Source: Candidatus Woesearchaeota archaeon (GTDB lineage: Archaea > Nanobdellota > Nanobdellia > Pacearchaeales > UBA284). Taken from it: a DNA stretch of 64,000 nt. A program made the translations under genes and the position numbers. Below are positions 1 to 8,530 of the stretch, piece by piece. The notes below the pieces were generated by a model. It was not told where the DNA came from. It saw only the letters and a list, made by a program, of their open reading frames with translations, and did no database searches. The DNA lies in NCBI GenBank assembly GCA_964443565.1, contig CAYUCT010000002.1, forward strand, positions 2,036-66,035. Reading direction: 5' to 3'. Every line of letters starts with the position of its first letter. The stretch's first letter is position 1.

Positions 1-7
1 AAAAGAA

Positions 8-1018
8 ATGATAAGAAAACCATTAAGAGAAAAGATAATGGAGATTAGCACAATTAAAGAAATTGAAGAAGCAACAAAAATTTCTGAGAAAGATTTAATC
101 CAAAATAAAGAATTTAACCCTTTTTCAATCTTGGAAATCGATACGATTTTAATTTCCCCTAGACATTTATATCGAATGCCTTATTCTTTGAATGAAAAAA
201 CAGGATTAGCGAGTATTTGCATAAAACCAGAACAGATAAATTCTTTCAAACCCGGGTGGGCATTTCCAGAAAGAGTTTTTCCAAAACCTTTTATGCCAAA
301 ACCAGAAGAGAATGAATCAAAAGAATTAATTCTTCAAGCATTAGATTGGGAAAAAACCAATAATGATTTTAAAAGAAGAATACTAAATCTTAATCCAAAC
401 CCAAATCAAATTAAAAGAGAATATTCTGAAATTTCTTTTTCAGAAGTTAAAGAAGATAACTTCCCTCCTTGCATAAAAAATATCCTTTCAGGGGTAAAAC
501 AAGATGGAAGAAAAAGAGCATTATTTGTTTTATTAAATTTTTTAAAATCTATAGGATATAATCATGAACAAATAACTGAAAAAATAAATGAATGGAACAA
601 AAAAAATTACAAACCACTAAAAGACACCTATCTAAGAACACAATTAGACTGGTTTTCACGACAAGCTAAAAGACTCCCACCAAATTGTAATTTGGAAGAA
701 TACTACAAAGGGATGAGTGTTTGCTATCCCGATGGTTTTTGTTCTAAAGTAAAAAATCCAATTAATTATTTTGTTTTTAAATCTCGAGCAATGATGGGGT
801 ATAAATATAAAAATGAGAATACAAAAAGACATCAAACAAATAATCTTAAATCTAAAAACTCTTTTCCTAAACCTAGTTATAGTTATAAATATAAAAAAGA
901 AGAAAAGTCAGAAAATAACGATGAAAAAAACAAAAAAATTACAAGAAAGAGAATATACGAAAAAAAAGATTTCGCAGAAGTCCCAAATTACCTAGATAAA
1001 AATTATGTTAAATATTAA
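8..1018 (+). CDS. DNA primase, fused PriS-PriL (DPANN type), probably 5'-truncated by the window edge
   Basis: PriS-like motif DTILISPRHLYRMPYSLNEKTG followed by PriL Fe-S domain FPPCI...LPPNC...CYPDGFC...KNPINY; frame is open to the window start. Confidence 0.85.
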   Translation: MIRKPLREKIMEISTIKEIEEATKISEKDLIQNKEFNPFSILEIDTILISPRHLYRMPYSLNEKTGLASICIKPEQINSFKPGWAFPERVFPKPFMPKPEENESKELILQALDWEKTNNDFKRRILNLNPNPNQIKREYSEISFSEVKEDNFPPCIKNILSGVKQDGRKRALFVLLNFLKSIGYNHEQITEKINEWNKKNYKPLKDTYLRTQLDWFSRQAKRLPPNCNLEEYYKGMSVCYPDGFCSKVKNPINYFVFKSRAMMGYKYKNENTKRHQTNNLKSKNSFPKPSYSYKYKKEEKSENNDEKNKKITRKRIYEKKDFAEVPNYLDKNYVKY

Positions 1019-1042
1019 ATTTAAACTCCACCATATACTAAT

Positions 1043-1084
1043 ATATAACTAAATATAACTAAAGATAGATTATTAGATAGATTA
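1043..1084. repeat. Short direct repeats in intergenic region (ATATAACTAA x2 tandem; AGATAGATTA x2)
   Basis: Read directly: 1043-1052/1053-1062 and 1063-1072/1075-1084. Confidence 0.6.
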
Positions 1085-1149
1085 CTATGTTAATTTGATG
1101 ATATAATCAAAAGCGAAACTATTTTAAATACCTATAAATTAAATTAAAC

Positions 1150-3654
1150 ATGAAAAAGAGAGAGGGAAATGGATTTATTTTAAAATCAATTTTAATTACT
1201 ATTCTTATTTTAATTATTAGTTCTGTTTTTTTAAATTTTCAACTCGTGAATGCCCAAACAATTGATTTTACAGATAAAGAAAAAATAGAACAATCTTATT
1301 CGTGGTTAGAGTATTCTGTAGGAAATTTTCAAAATTTAACGGTTAAAGATCATGCATTTGCTACATTAGCATTATCTTGTAGAACAAAAGGAACAGAAGC
1401 AATAACAAGATTAAAAGATAAAAGCATTTCAAATTCATTATTTCAATGCTGGGGTGCTGAAACAAAGAAGCCTGCTTCAATTTCAGATTGTGAAACATTA
1501 AGTACTTCTATTGCAAGATTAGCATTAAAGGGAGAAAATTTAACGAGAGTAGATTCTTGGATATTAAATCAAAGCAAATTTTTTTCAGATATAAGCTGGT
1601 TTATTCAAATTGACACTGAAAGAGACTATTCAATGAATTGTTCTATTTTATATGAAGGCGGCGAAGCAGAAATTATAGTAAATGAAGATAAAACAATTAA
1701 TTTTACAAAAATTGAAGGTTCTTGCTTATCTATTTATACTTCTCCTTATTGGCTGAAAATTAATCAAGGTTGCAATAATAAGGAAATGGAATTTAAAATA
1801 AAATGTGATATTAACAATGACAGTTCAAAAGATTTTAGAGTTTCTTTGCTTTACAAAAAAGAACTTTCAACTAGTTCTTCTTCTACTTGGTATATTGATC
1901 CAAATGTTGAAACTTCAATTTCAGGAGATACTGCTACAATCACAACCGGGGCGTATTGTTTAAAGAAAAATAGTTTATCCACTTCTTGTGATTATGAGAC
2001 AACTGCATGGGCGACATATGCATTAAAAGAAGCAGGAAATGAAAATTACAAAAAATTTATCCCATACTTAGTTATGTTATCAAATGAAGGAGAAAATTTA
2101 AAATATTTCCCACAGACATTTTTATATTTAATAACTCAATCAACAGAATATTCTTCAGAAATTTCAGAAATGCAAGAACCAAATGGCTTCTGGTGTGCTA
2201 TTGCAAAATTAATTACCGGAAAATCATGCTCAGATACACCATACGGACAATTTTATGATACTGCATTGGCGGGATTAACAGAACAAGGAAGATTAGGAAC
2301 AGAAAAGAATGGCGCAAGATATTATTTAACAAATTATTCAGATGGAAAAACATTTATTTCAACAAAAGTTTCAGGTAAGGATTATAAATATTGGAAATGC
2401 GCAGAAAATGGATGCTCCTCAATAAGAGATACTGCAATTTTACTTTGGGTATTTTGGAATAGCAATTATTGTTCTGGGGATTCTCAAAGTTGTTTAACAT
2501 ATGATGGAACTTGCAAAACATTTTGCGATTCTGGAGAAGAACCTATTGATACCTTAAGTTGTGATTACTCCGGAGAAGTTTGTTGTCTTAGTTCATCATT
2601 AAGCACTTGCGAAGGAATTGGAGGAGTATGCAAATCCGGTTGCGATTCAGGAGAATCTGAATTAATTGTTCCTTGCTCAAACGGAAATTTATGCTGCAAA
2701 TTATCTTTAAATTCTTATTGTGAAAGCGAATTAGGGGGAAGATTATGTAGTAACGAAGAAACATGCAATGGAAACAATTTAGAAAGTACAGACAACTATT
2801 ATGGGAATCAATGCTGCGATGGAACTTGCATTCCAAGCGGAACAGACGAAGATACCTGCTATACTTTAGGGGGAAATACTTGTTCTTCGACAGAAATTTG
2901 TGTTGATTCAAATGATTGGAGTGAAATACAATTTATTTCAACCAAGGATACAGACAGATGCTGTTATAGCGATTATAGCCTTCCTCGATGTGTATCTCAA
3001 GATACTTGCGAAGAGATGGATGGTCAAGTTTGTGGTAGAGATTCTTCTTGTTCTGTAGACGTAGAATACTCTAAAGATGAAGCAGAATGCTGTACTGGTG
3101 AATGCTTAAAATCATGTAGTGCACTTGATGGATTTATTTGCGGAACCGCAGAAGTTTGTTCAACAGGACAATATACTGATTCTTCGGATAGAAGATGCTG
3201 TGTCGGCAAATGTAAAAAAGAAACAAATCTTGCATGGCTATGGATTTTGTTAATTATATTATTATTAATTGGTGGATTTTTATTATATTGGTTTAAATTT
3301 AGAAAATCAAAAGAGGGAGACACAAAAAAATTAAAAAATCCATTTAAAAATTTATTCAAAAAAACAAATAATCCAAATCAATTAAAAACACAAACACCTT
3401 ACGGACTCCCACCACAAAGAACATTTGGGCAATATCCGCCAGTCCAACCAATACAGCCAACAAGATATCCTCAACCAACAAAAAGTTATTCTCCTACTCC
3501 AAGAATAAATCAAAATATCATTCTTAGCCCACAACCAGTTTCTGCTCCTCAAAAAAACTCTTTAGAAAACAAAAAAACCAAAACAGATTTAGAATTAGAA
3601 AAAACATTAAATAAACTAAAAAAGATGACTAGGGAAACTAAAAAGAAAAAATAA
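1150..3654 (+). CDS. Secreted, C-terminally anchored protein with prenyltransferase/squalene-cyclase-like (alpha/alpha toroid) repeats and six Cys-rich repeats
   Basis: Signal peptide ending VNA-Q; helical motifs TTAWATYAL, QEPNGFW, YDTALAGL, IRDTAILL; six 6-Cys repeats; TM LAWLWILLIILLLIGGFLLYWF; Pro/Gln-rich tail. Confidence 0.65.
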   Translation: MKKREGNGFILKSILITILILIISSVFLNFQLVNAQTIDFTDKEKIEQSYSWLEYSVGNFQNLTVKDHAFATLALSCRTKGTEAITRLKDKSISNSLFQCWGAETKKPASISDCETLSTSIARLALKGENLTRVDSWILNQSKFFSDISWFIQIDTERDYSMNCSILYEGGEAEIIVNEDKTINFTKIEGSCLSIYTSPYWLKINQGCNNKEMEFKIKCDINNDSSKDFRVSLLYKKELSTSSSSTWYIDPNVETSISGDTATITTGAYCLKKNSLSTSCDYETTAWATYALKEAGNENYKKFIPYLVMLSNEGENLKYFPQTFLYLITQSTEYSSEISEMQEPNGFWCAIAKLITGKSCSDTPYGQFYDTALAGLTEQGRLGTEKNGARYYLTNYSDGKTFISTKVSGKDYKYWKCAENGCSSIRDTAILLWVFWNSNYCSGDSQSCLTYDGTCKTFCDSGEEPIDTLSCDYSGEVCCLSSSLSTCEGIGGVCKSGCDSGESELIVPCSNGNLCCKLSLNSYCESELGGRLCSNEETCNGNNLESTDNYYGNQCCDGTCIPSGTDEDTCYTLGGNTCSSTEICVDSNDWSEIQFISTKDTDRCCYSDYSLPRCVSQDTCEEMDGQVCGRDSSCSVDVEYSKDEAECCTGECLKSCSALDGFICGTAEVCSTGQYTDSSDRRCCVGKCKKETNLAWLWILLIILLLIGGFLLYWFKFRKSKEGDTKKLKNPFKNLFKKTNNPNQLKTQTPYGLPPQRTFGQYPPVQPIQPTRYPQPTKSYSPTPRINQNIILSPQPVSAPQKNSLENKKTKTDLELEKTLNKLKKMTRETKKKK

Positions 3655-3736
3655 TTTGGTTAGAATTTTATAATTTTAAAGGGCAAATAATTAAATATAA
3701 ACAGATAATCTAAAACATTTAGAAATCTAATTTAAA

Positions 3737-6124
3737 ATGAAATTTGAAACATTAAAAAAAAGAAAAAATTTAACATTATTCATTCTTTTGTTCTTTTCAT
3801 TTACTTCGATTATCCTTCTTGAAAATGTTAAAGCAGAATGTATTGAAATATACCCTTCACAAATAGAATATTTACCTCAAGAAACATTTCAAGCAGAAAT
3901 ATTTTCTCAAGCAGACATAGAAATTTTAAGAAAGGATGTTTTTCTTTTTTTAGACAATTCTCAAATGTATTCAAATTTTAATATTCTAAAAATTGATGAA
4001 AATAAATATTTTTTATTTTTTGATCTACCAAAATATTCAGGGAATTATGAATTACGAATTAAAACTTACTGCTCGGGAAATTTAAAAACATTTCAAAAAG
4101 ATATTTTAGTAAAAGAACCCATAGAAAATTTTTATAATTATATCAAAGAAGAGGTTTATTCAAATTTAGATTCGGTTTCTTTAGAACAATTAATTTTTTT
4201 AGGAAAAATTTTTGATTATGATCTAGAATTTCATGAAAAATTATATGGGGAATATCTAAAGAGAAAAGAAAATTGCTTATCTTCAGAATGCAAAACAGAG
4301 TTTTTATCATTAACAGGAATATCTTTTCCAGAAACAAAAACAGAAGTTTATAAAAAATTAAATCAATCAATAAATTTAATTAATGGGGAATGGAAATTAA
4401 TTATCCCAGAGAATTATTCTTTATGCAATTTAAGTATAAATAAAAAAAATGTTTCATTAAATTCAAATCAACAATTCTTAAATTTGAACGAGTATATCAA
4501 TGAGACCAACATCGCCATTGAGGTGTACTGTAGTGATAATCAAAAAATAGTATTGAATAATTTTTTTAACAGTGCAATTAAAACATTTTATTTAAAACAA
4601 GAAAATATTGGAGAGATTTATAAAAATATTCTAAATTTAGAAAACAATCTTTGCTGGGGAAATTATTCCAATGAAGAATGCAATATTTTGAGCACACTTT
4701 ATGCGGAAATTTTCTTAAAACAAGAAAACAAACTTAAAGAAGAAACAAATAGATGGTTATATTCAAAACAAGAAGAGATGAATAATCAACAAAAATTAAT
4801 TCTTGGGTTAATAAGTAATAACCTTTCTTTGATTGAAAAGGTAATGCTTTCTCAATCAATCGATGGTTGGATCCCTGAAAGCAATATATACTACAAAGAA
4901 GATGTTCTTGCTACTGCTCTTTTGATTAATTCATTAAAAGAAAATCAAAATAATTTATATTCTCAAGAAAATAAAAATGCAAAAGAATATTTAAGAAAAA
5001 AATTCTACAATACTCCTATTTTAACTAAAGAAAGAATTTTATTTTTTGCTTTTACAAAAGATGAAATAGAACCAATTATTTCTTTTTATCCAGGAATAAT
5101 TTTTACAAAAAGTCAGGAAAGTATAGAATTTTCAATAAAAAATAATGGTCTTTTAAATAGAACCATTCTTCTTTCTTTTTTAAACAAAACAACAGAATAT
5201 AATCTTTCTTCAAAGGAAACAAAAAACATTAAAATTAATCTTCCATTTATTGGAACAAAAGATGAAAAGGTCATAAAGGAAAATACAATTATCTCATTTT
5301 TAGATAATCAAAAAACAATTTATTTGCCAATCTTAATTCAAACAGAATTTTCTAATGAAAACACAAACATTGAAAGTTTGAATTATTCTTCTGAAGAATT
5401 TGAAGGGGAAATTAATTCTTCTCAACAAAATATCAATTACTCTGAAATTGATGTAGATTTAGTTGATAAAAACTTTTATTTTAATATTAAAAATATCTCC
5501 GAAAATTTAACAGATGATGTTACAAAAGAAATAGTCATTAAACTAAAAAATAATTTTGATGAGGAGATAGAAAATATTGAAATCATTCCTTCTTCTTCAT
5601 TAATTTCATTACAAATAGAAATAACTCCTTCTTCAATCTCAAAACTTGGTGCGAGGGCAGAAAAAGAAATTAAATTAATTTTTGATGCTTCACAATCAAT
5701 TTCTTCAAAAACATATACTGGAGAATTTGTTGTAAAAGGGTATATTCATGAGCAAAAAGTGGAGATAAATCTTCCAATAATCTTAAATGTTCAATTACAA
5801 GAAGAAGATAAAACTTGTGCACAATTAAATGGAAAAGAATGTGGAAGTGAAGAAAAGTGTAATGGGAAAATCGAAATTTCTTCTGATGTTTCTATATGCT
5901 GTATTGGAACATGCGAAAGTAATGTAAAAAATAATTCAGTTATTGGTTTTGTTATCTTTTTTATTTTGCTTTTGCTACTTGTTGGATTATTTTTTGTTTT
6001 TAGAAAAAAACCAAAAAAAGAAATGAATGAATTTATGAAAGAAGCAGAAAAAAGATATTCGTCCGCATTTAAAAAACCAAAAACGACAGTTAATCCTCAA
6101 GAAAATAATGAACAAATAAAATAA
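3737..6124 (+). CDS. Secreted, C-terminally anchored protein, probable paralog of 1150-3654 (toroid-like region, Ig-like domains, one Cys-rich repeat)
   Basis: Signal peptide VKA-E; QSIDGW, DVLATALL; repeat TCAQLNGKEC...CCIGTC; TM segment followed by RKKPKK. Confidence 0.6.
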   Translation: MKFETLKKRKNLTLFILLFFSFTSIILLENVKAECIEIYPSQIEYLPQETFQAEIFSQADIEILRKDVFLFLDNSQMYSNFNILKIDENKYFLFFDLPKYSGNYELRIKTYCSGNLKTFQKDILVKEPIENFYNYIKEEVYSNLDSVSLEQLIFLGKIFDYDLEFHEKLYGEYLKRKENCLSSECKTEFLSLTGISFPETKTEVYKKLNQSINLINGEWKLIIPENYSLCNLSINKKNVSLNSNQQFLNLNEYINETNIAIEVYCSDNQKIVLNNFFNSAIKTFYLKQENIGEIYKNILNLENNLCWGNYSNEECNILSTLYAEIFLKQENKLKEETNRWLYSKQEEMNNQQKLILGLISNNLSLIEKVMLSQSIDGWIPESNIYYKEDVLATALLINSLKENQNNLYSQENKNAKEYLRKKFYNTPILTKERILFFAFTKDEIEPIISFYPGIIFTKSQESIEFSIKNNGLLNRTILLSFLNKTTEYNLSSKETKNIKINLPFIGTKDEKVIKENTIISFLDNQKTIYLPILIQTEFSNENTNIESLNYSSEEFEGEINSSQQNINYSEIDVDLVDKNFYFNIKNISENLTDDVTKEIVIKLKNNFDEEIENIEIIPSSSLISLQIEITPSSISKLGARAEKEIKLIFDASQSISSKTYTGEFVVKGYIHEQKVEINLPIILNVQLQEEDKTCAQLNGKECGSEEKCNGKIEISSDVSICCIGTCESNVKNNSVIGFVIFFILLLLLVGLFFVFRKKPKKEMNEFMKEAEKRYSSAFKKPKTTVNPQENNEQIK

Positions 6125-6133
6125 ATTTTATTT

Positions 6134-6592
6134 CTATTTATCTTTTAATTTTTCTTGAACTTCTTTCAGTTTATTAAAGATTATTTGTTTTTCCATATTT
6201 GCTTGCTTCAATAAAGCGTCATATCTGTGTAATTTTGATGCAGAATCATTTAAAAGATTGTTTAAATCATTCAATTTAAAACTAAAAGACGTTGGTTCAA
6301 TTATTTCAATTGAAGAAGGCATATAATCATAAACAAATTCCATTGCTTTTGTTGGACTTTCGAGAAGTACTTCAATTTCTAAAAATGAAGAAAATAATTC
6401 TTTATCTTCAACAGGTATTGCTTCATTTATTTTTTCAGAAAGTAAAATTAATTTTTTGTCTTGTTTTAAAAAGTCTACTAATTTATTTAATGCTTCAATA
6501 ATATGCTCTTTTGGTCTTCCAATAATCTCAAAAATAATACTTGCCTTTACCCATCCCTTAGATATTTTTTCTTTAATTTCTTTCTTTTCCAT
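6134..6592 (-). CDS. Hypothetical archaeal protein with C-terminal coiled coil
   Basis: Clean 152-aa ORF with motif-like FEIIGRPKEHI and YMPSSIEIIEP. Confidence 0.7.
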   Translation of the reverse strand: MEKKEIKEKISKGWVKASIIFEIIGRPKEHIIEALNKLVDFLKQDKKLILLSEKINEAIPVEDKELFSSFLEIEVLLESPTKAMEFVYDYMPSSIEIIEPTSFSFKLNDLNNLLNDSASKLHRYDALLKQANMEKQIIFNKLKEVQEKLKDK

Positions 6593-6672
6593 TTTTATAA
6601 GAAATAATCCTTCCTTTTAAATCTTTTTTTAAATATTTTTTATATCCTCCAGAGTAATTAATAATATTTTGG

Positions 6673-8388
6673 TTACATCTTTTTGATTATTAAATAAATA
6701 CAAAAAAGCATAGCAAAAGTAGAAAATAGGTAAGGGAGAGTATTAAGTAATAAAGATTTAATTGAAAGAATTTCCGAAAAAGATAATTTGGGAGATTTTT
6801 CTTTAATCTCGTCAGAAAGAAGATTAGATTCTAATAAACTTAAAGTTATATTTTCTTCTGGTTTTTCTAAATAAATTGAATATGTAAACTCTTTGGGTGT
6901 TTTTAATCCTTCTTTTAATATTTTTATTTTTAAATTATATTCTCCAGATTCTGCTTCATTTACTTGATTATCTAAAATAATTTCGTTCTCTGAATTTGGT
7001 TCTAAAAGAATTTCTTGCATATTCTCCTCTCTTTCAAGAATACAAGAATAACATTTTGAAGAACGGTAAATATAACTCCATACCTGAAAACTTTTTTCCA
7101 AATTTTCGTGATTTATAATCTTAATTTTAGAAATTATCTTTTCCCCCAATAATATGGACTCCGGGGGTTCTATAATATACTCTTCTTTTTGATTAGAAAT
7201 TTCTTCGAAGGATTCACATTTTTCTATTTCAATTTTTTGATTTTCATTCTGATCTAATCCTTCTAAGATGAGATAATAATATCCTGAATCATTTAAACAA
7301 TTTAATTCTAAATTAATATCAAAATAATAATCTTTAAATTTAGACAGAGAAGAAGAATTTCCTGCATGAACAGTTATTTTCTCACTAACCTTATTTGATT
7401 CATCATCTATAGCATAAATATAAACCGCATATTTGTTTGTATCCCCTTTATAAACATGAAAAGAGATGTCCAATTTATCTCCAAAATTTGGGTTTTTTGG
7501 ATAATCTAAAAATTCTAAAAAAGATTCTTCGGAAATATTTTCCTCTTCTTGATTTATCGTACCATTTAAAACAATCAATGAAAACTGCGGCGTTTCGTAT
7601 AAACTGTTTGTAATATTTGTTTTTCTTATTTTAGACGAGAAAAATACTTTCCCAACATAATCTGAATTAATTTTAATCCTAAAGGAATAAATAAAATTAG
7701 GGGCGTTTATTAAAACTTCTTCGTTGTAATAATTTGGAGAATGCCAATCTTCTAACAATGGATTATACACTTCTCCGATGTTTTTTCCATTTATATCTTG
7801 AACAAGCAATTTTAAATCATAATATCCATTTGAAAAATTAATTATCTCAACCACCACCTCAAATTCGGTTCCATTATTATATACCTCGAAGGGATATTCC
7901 TTAATATTTATTATCGAAGAAGTGGTTTCATTAGTTTCATTCTCTTGATTACTTAATGAACAATTATTTTCAAAACCGGGGGTGGGAAATGATTGAACAA
8001 AAGAAAAACCGCCATCCGGACATCGAGAATAAGAAAAACCAGCATCAACATTATCATAAGTTATTTCATCTATAAGACTGTTATTTGGGTTATAAAGATA
8101 AATTGTATCTCCACTATTGTTTAATCTATTTGAAAAATATATGATATTAAAATTTTTTCCTAAAATTATAGAAGAAATATTTTTAATATTTCCTGCTAAA
8201 TCTTTAATATACCAATTAGTAATATTAATTGTATCTTCTTGGGGGTTATATAATTCAACCCAATCTCCTGAACTGTTTGATTCATTATTATACATTATTT
8301 CATTTATCAAAATTTCAGAAGAAACAAAATTAGCAATAAAGGAAAGAAAAAAAATTAAGAAAATGCAATAATAAAATGTACACTTCAT
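6673..8388 (-). CDS. Lamin tail domain (LTD) surface protein with Ig-like domains and C-terminal TM
   Basis: ILINEIMYN...DWVELYNP...INITNWYIKD...LNNSGDTIYL...SYSRCPDG...PTPG is the LTD signature; signal peptide and C-terminal anchor. Confidence 0.8.
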   Translation of the reverse strand: MKCTFYYCIFLIFFLSFIANFVSSEILINEIMYNNESNSSGDWVELYNPQEDTINITNWYIKDLAGNIKNISSIILGKNFNIIYFSNRLNNSGDTIYLYNPNNSLIDEITYDNVDAGFSYSRCPDGGFSFVQSFPTPGFENNCSLSNQENETNETTSSIINIKEYPFEVYNNGTEFEVVVEIINFSNGYYDLKLLVQDINGKNIGEVYNPLLEDWHSPNYYNEEVLINAPNFIYSFRIKINSDYVGKVFFSSKIRKTNITNSLYETPQFSLIVLNGTINQEEENISEESFLEFLDYPKNPNFGDKLDISFHVYKGDTNKYAVYIYAIDDESNKVSEKITVHAGNSSSLSKFKDYYFDINLELNCLNDSGYYYLILEGLDQNENQKIEIEKCESFEEISNQKEEYIIEPPESILLGEKIISKIKIINHENLEKSFQVWSYIYRSSKCYSCILEREENMQEILLEPNSENEIILDNQVNEAESGEYNLKIKILKEGLKTPKEFTYSIYLEKPEENITLSLLESNLLSDEIKEKSPKLSFSEILSIKSLLLNTLPYLFSTFAMLFCIYLIIKKM

Positions 8389-8530
8389 AATATATATTGG
8401 AATATATATTTTATAAAACTTATGTTTATTGAGGATACTTTTATAAAAAGGTTTATAAACCGAATAATTATTTCTTTTAATACCGAATTAGTTATCTCGG
8501 TTGTAGGTAAAGCAAAAGGCAAAAGGGAAA

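Noticed and set aside
1021..1100. Mini CRISPR array
   Set aside because: Repeats are only 10 bp with no spacers, and there are no cas genes
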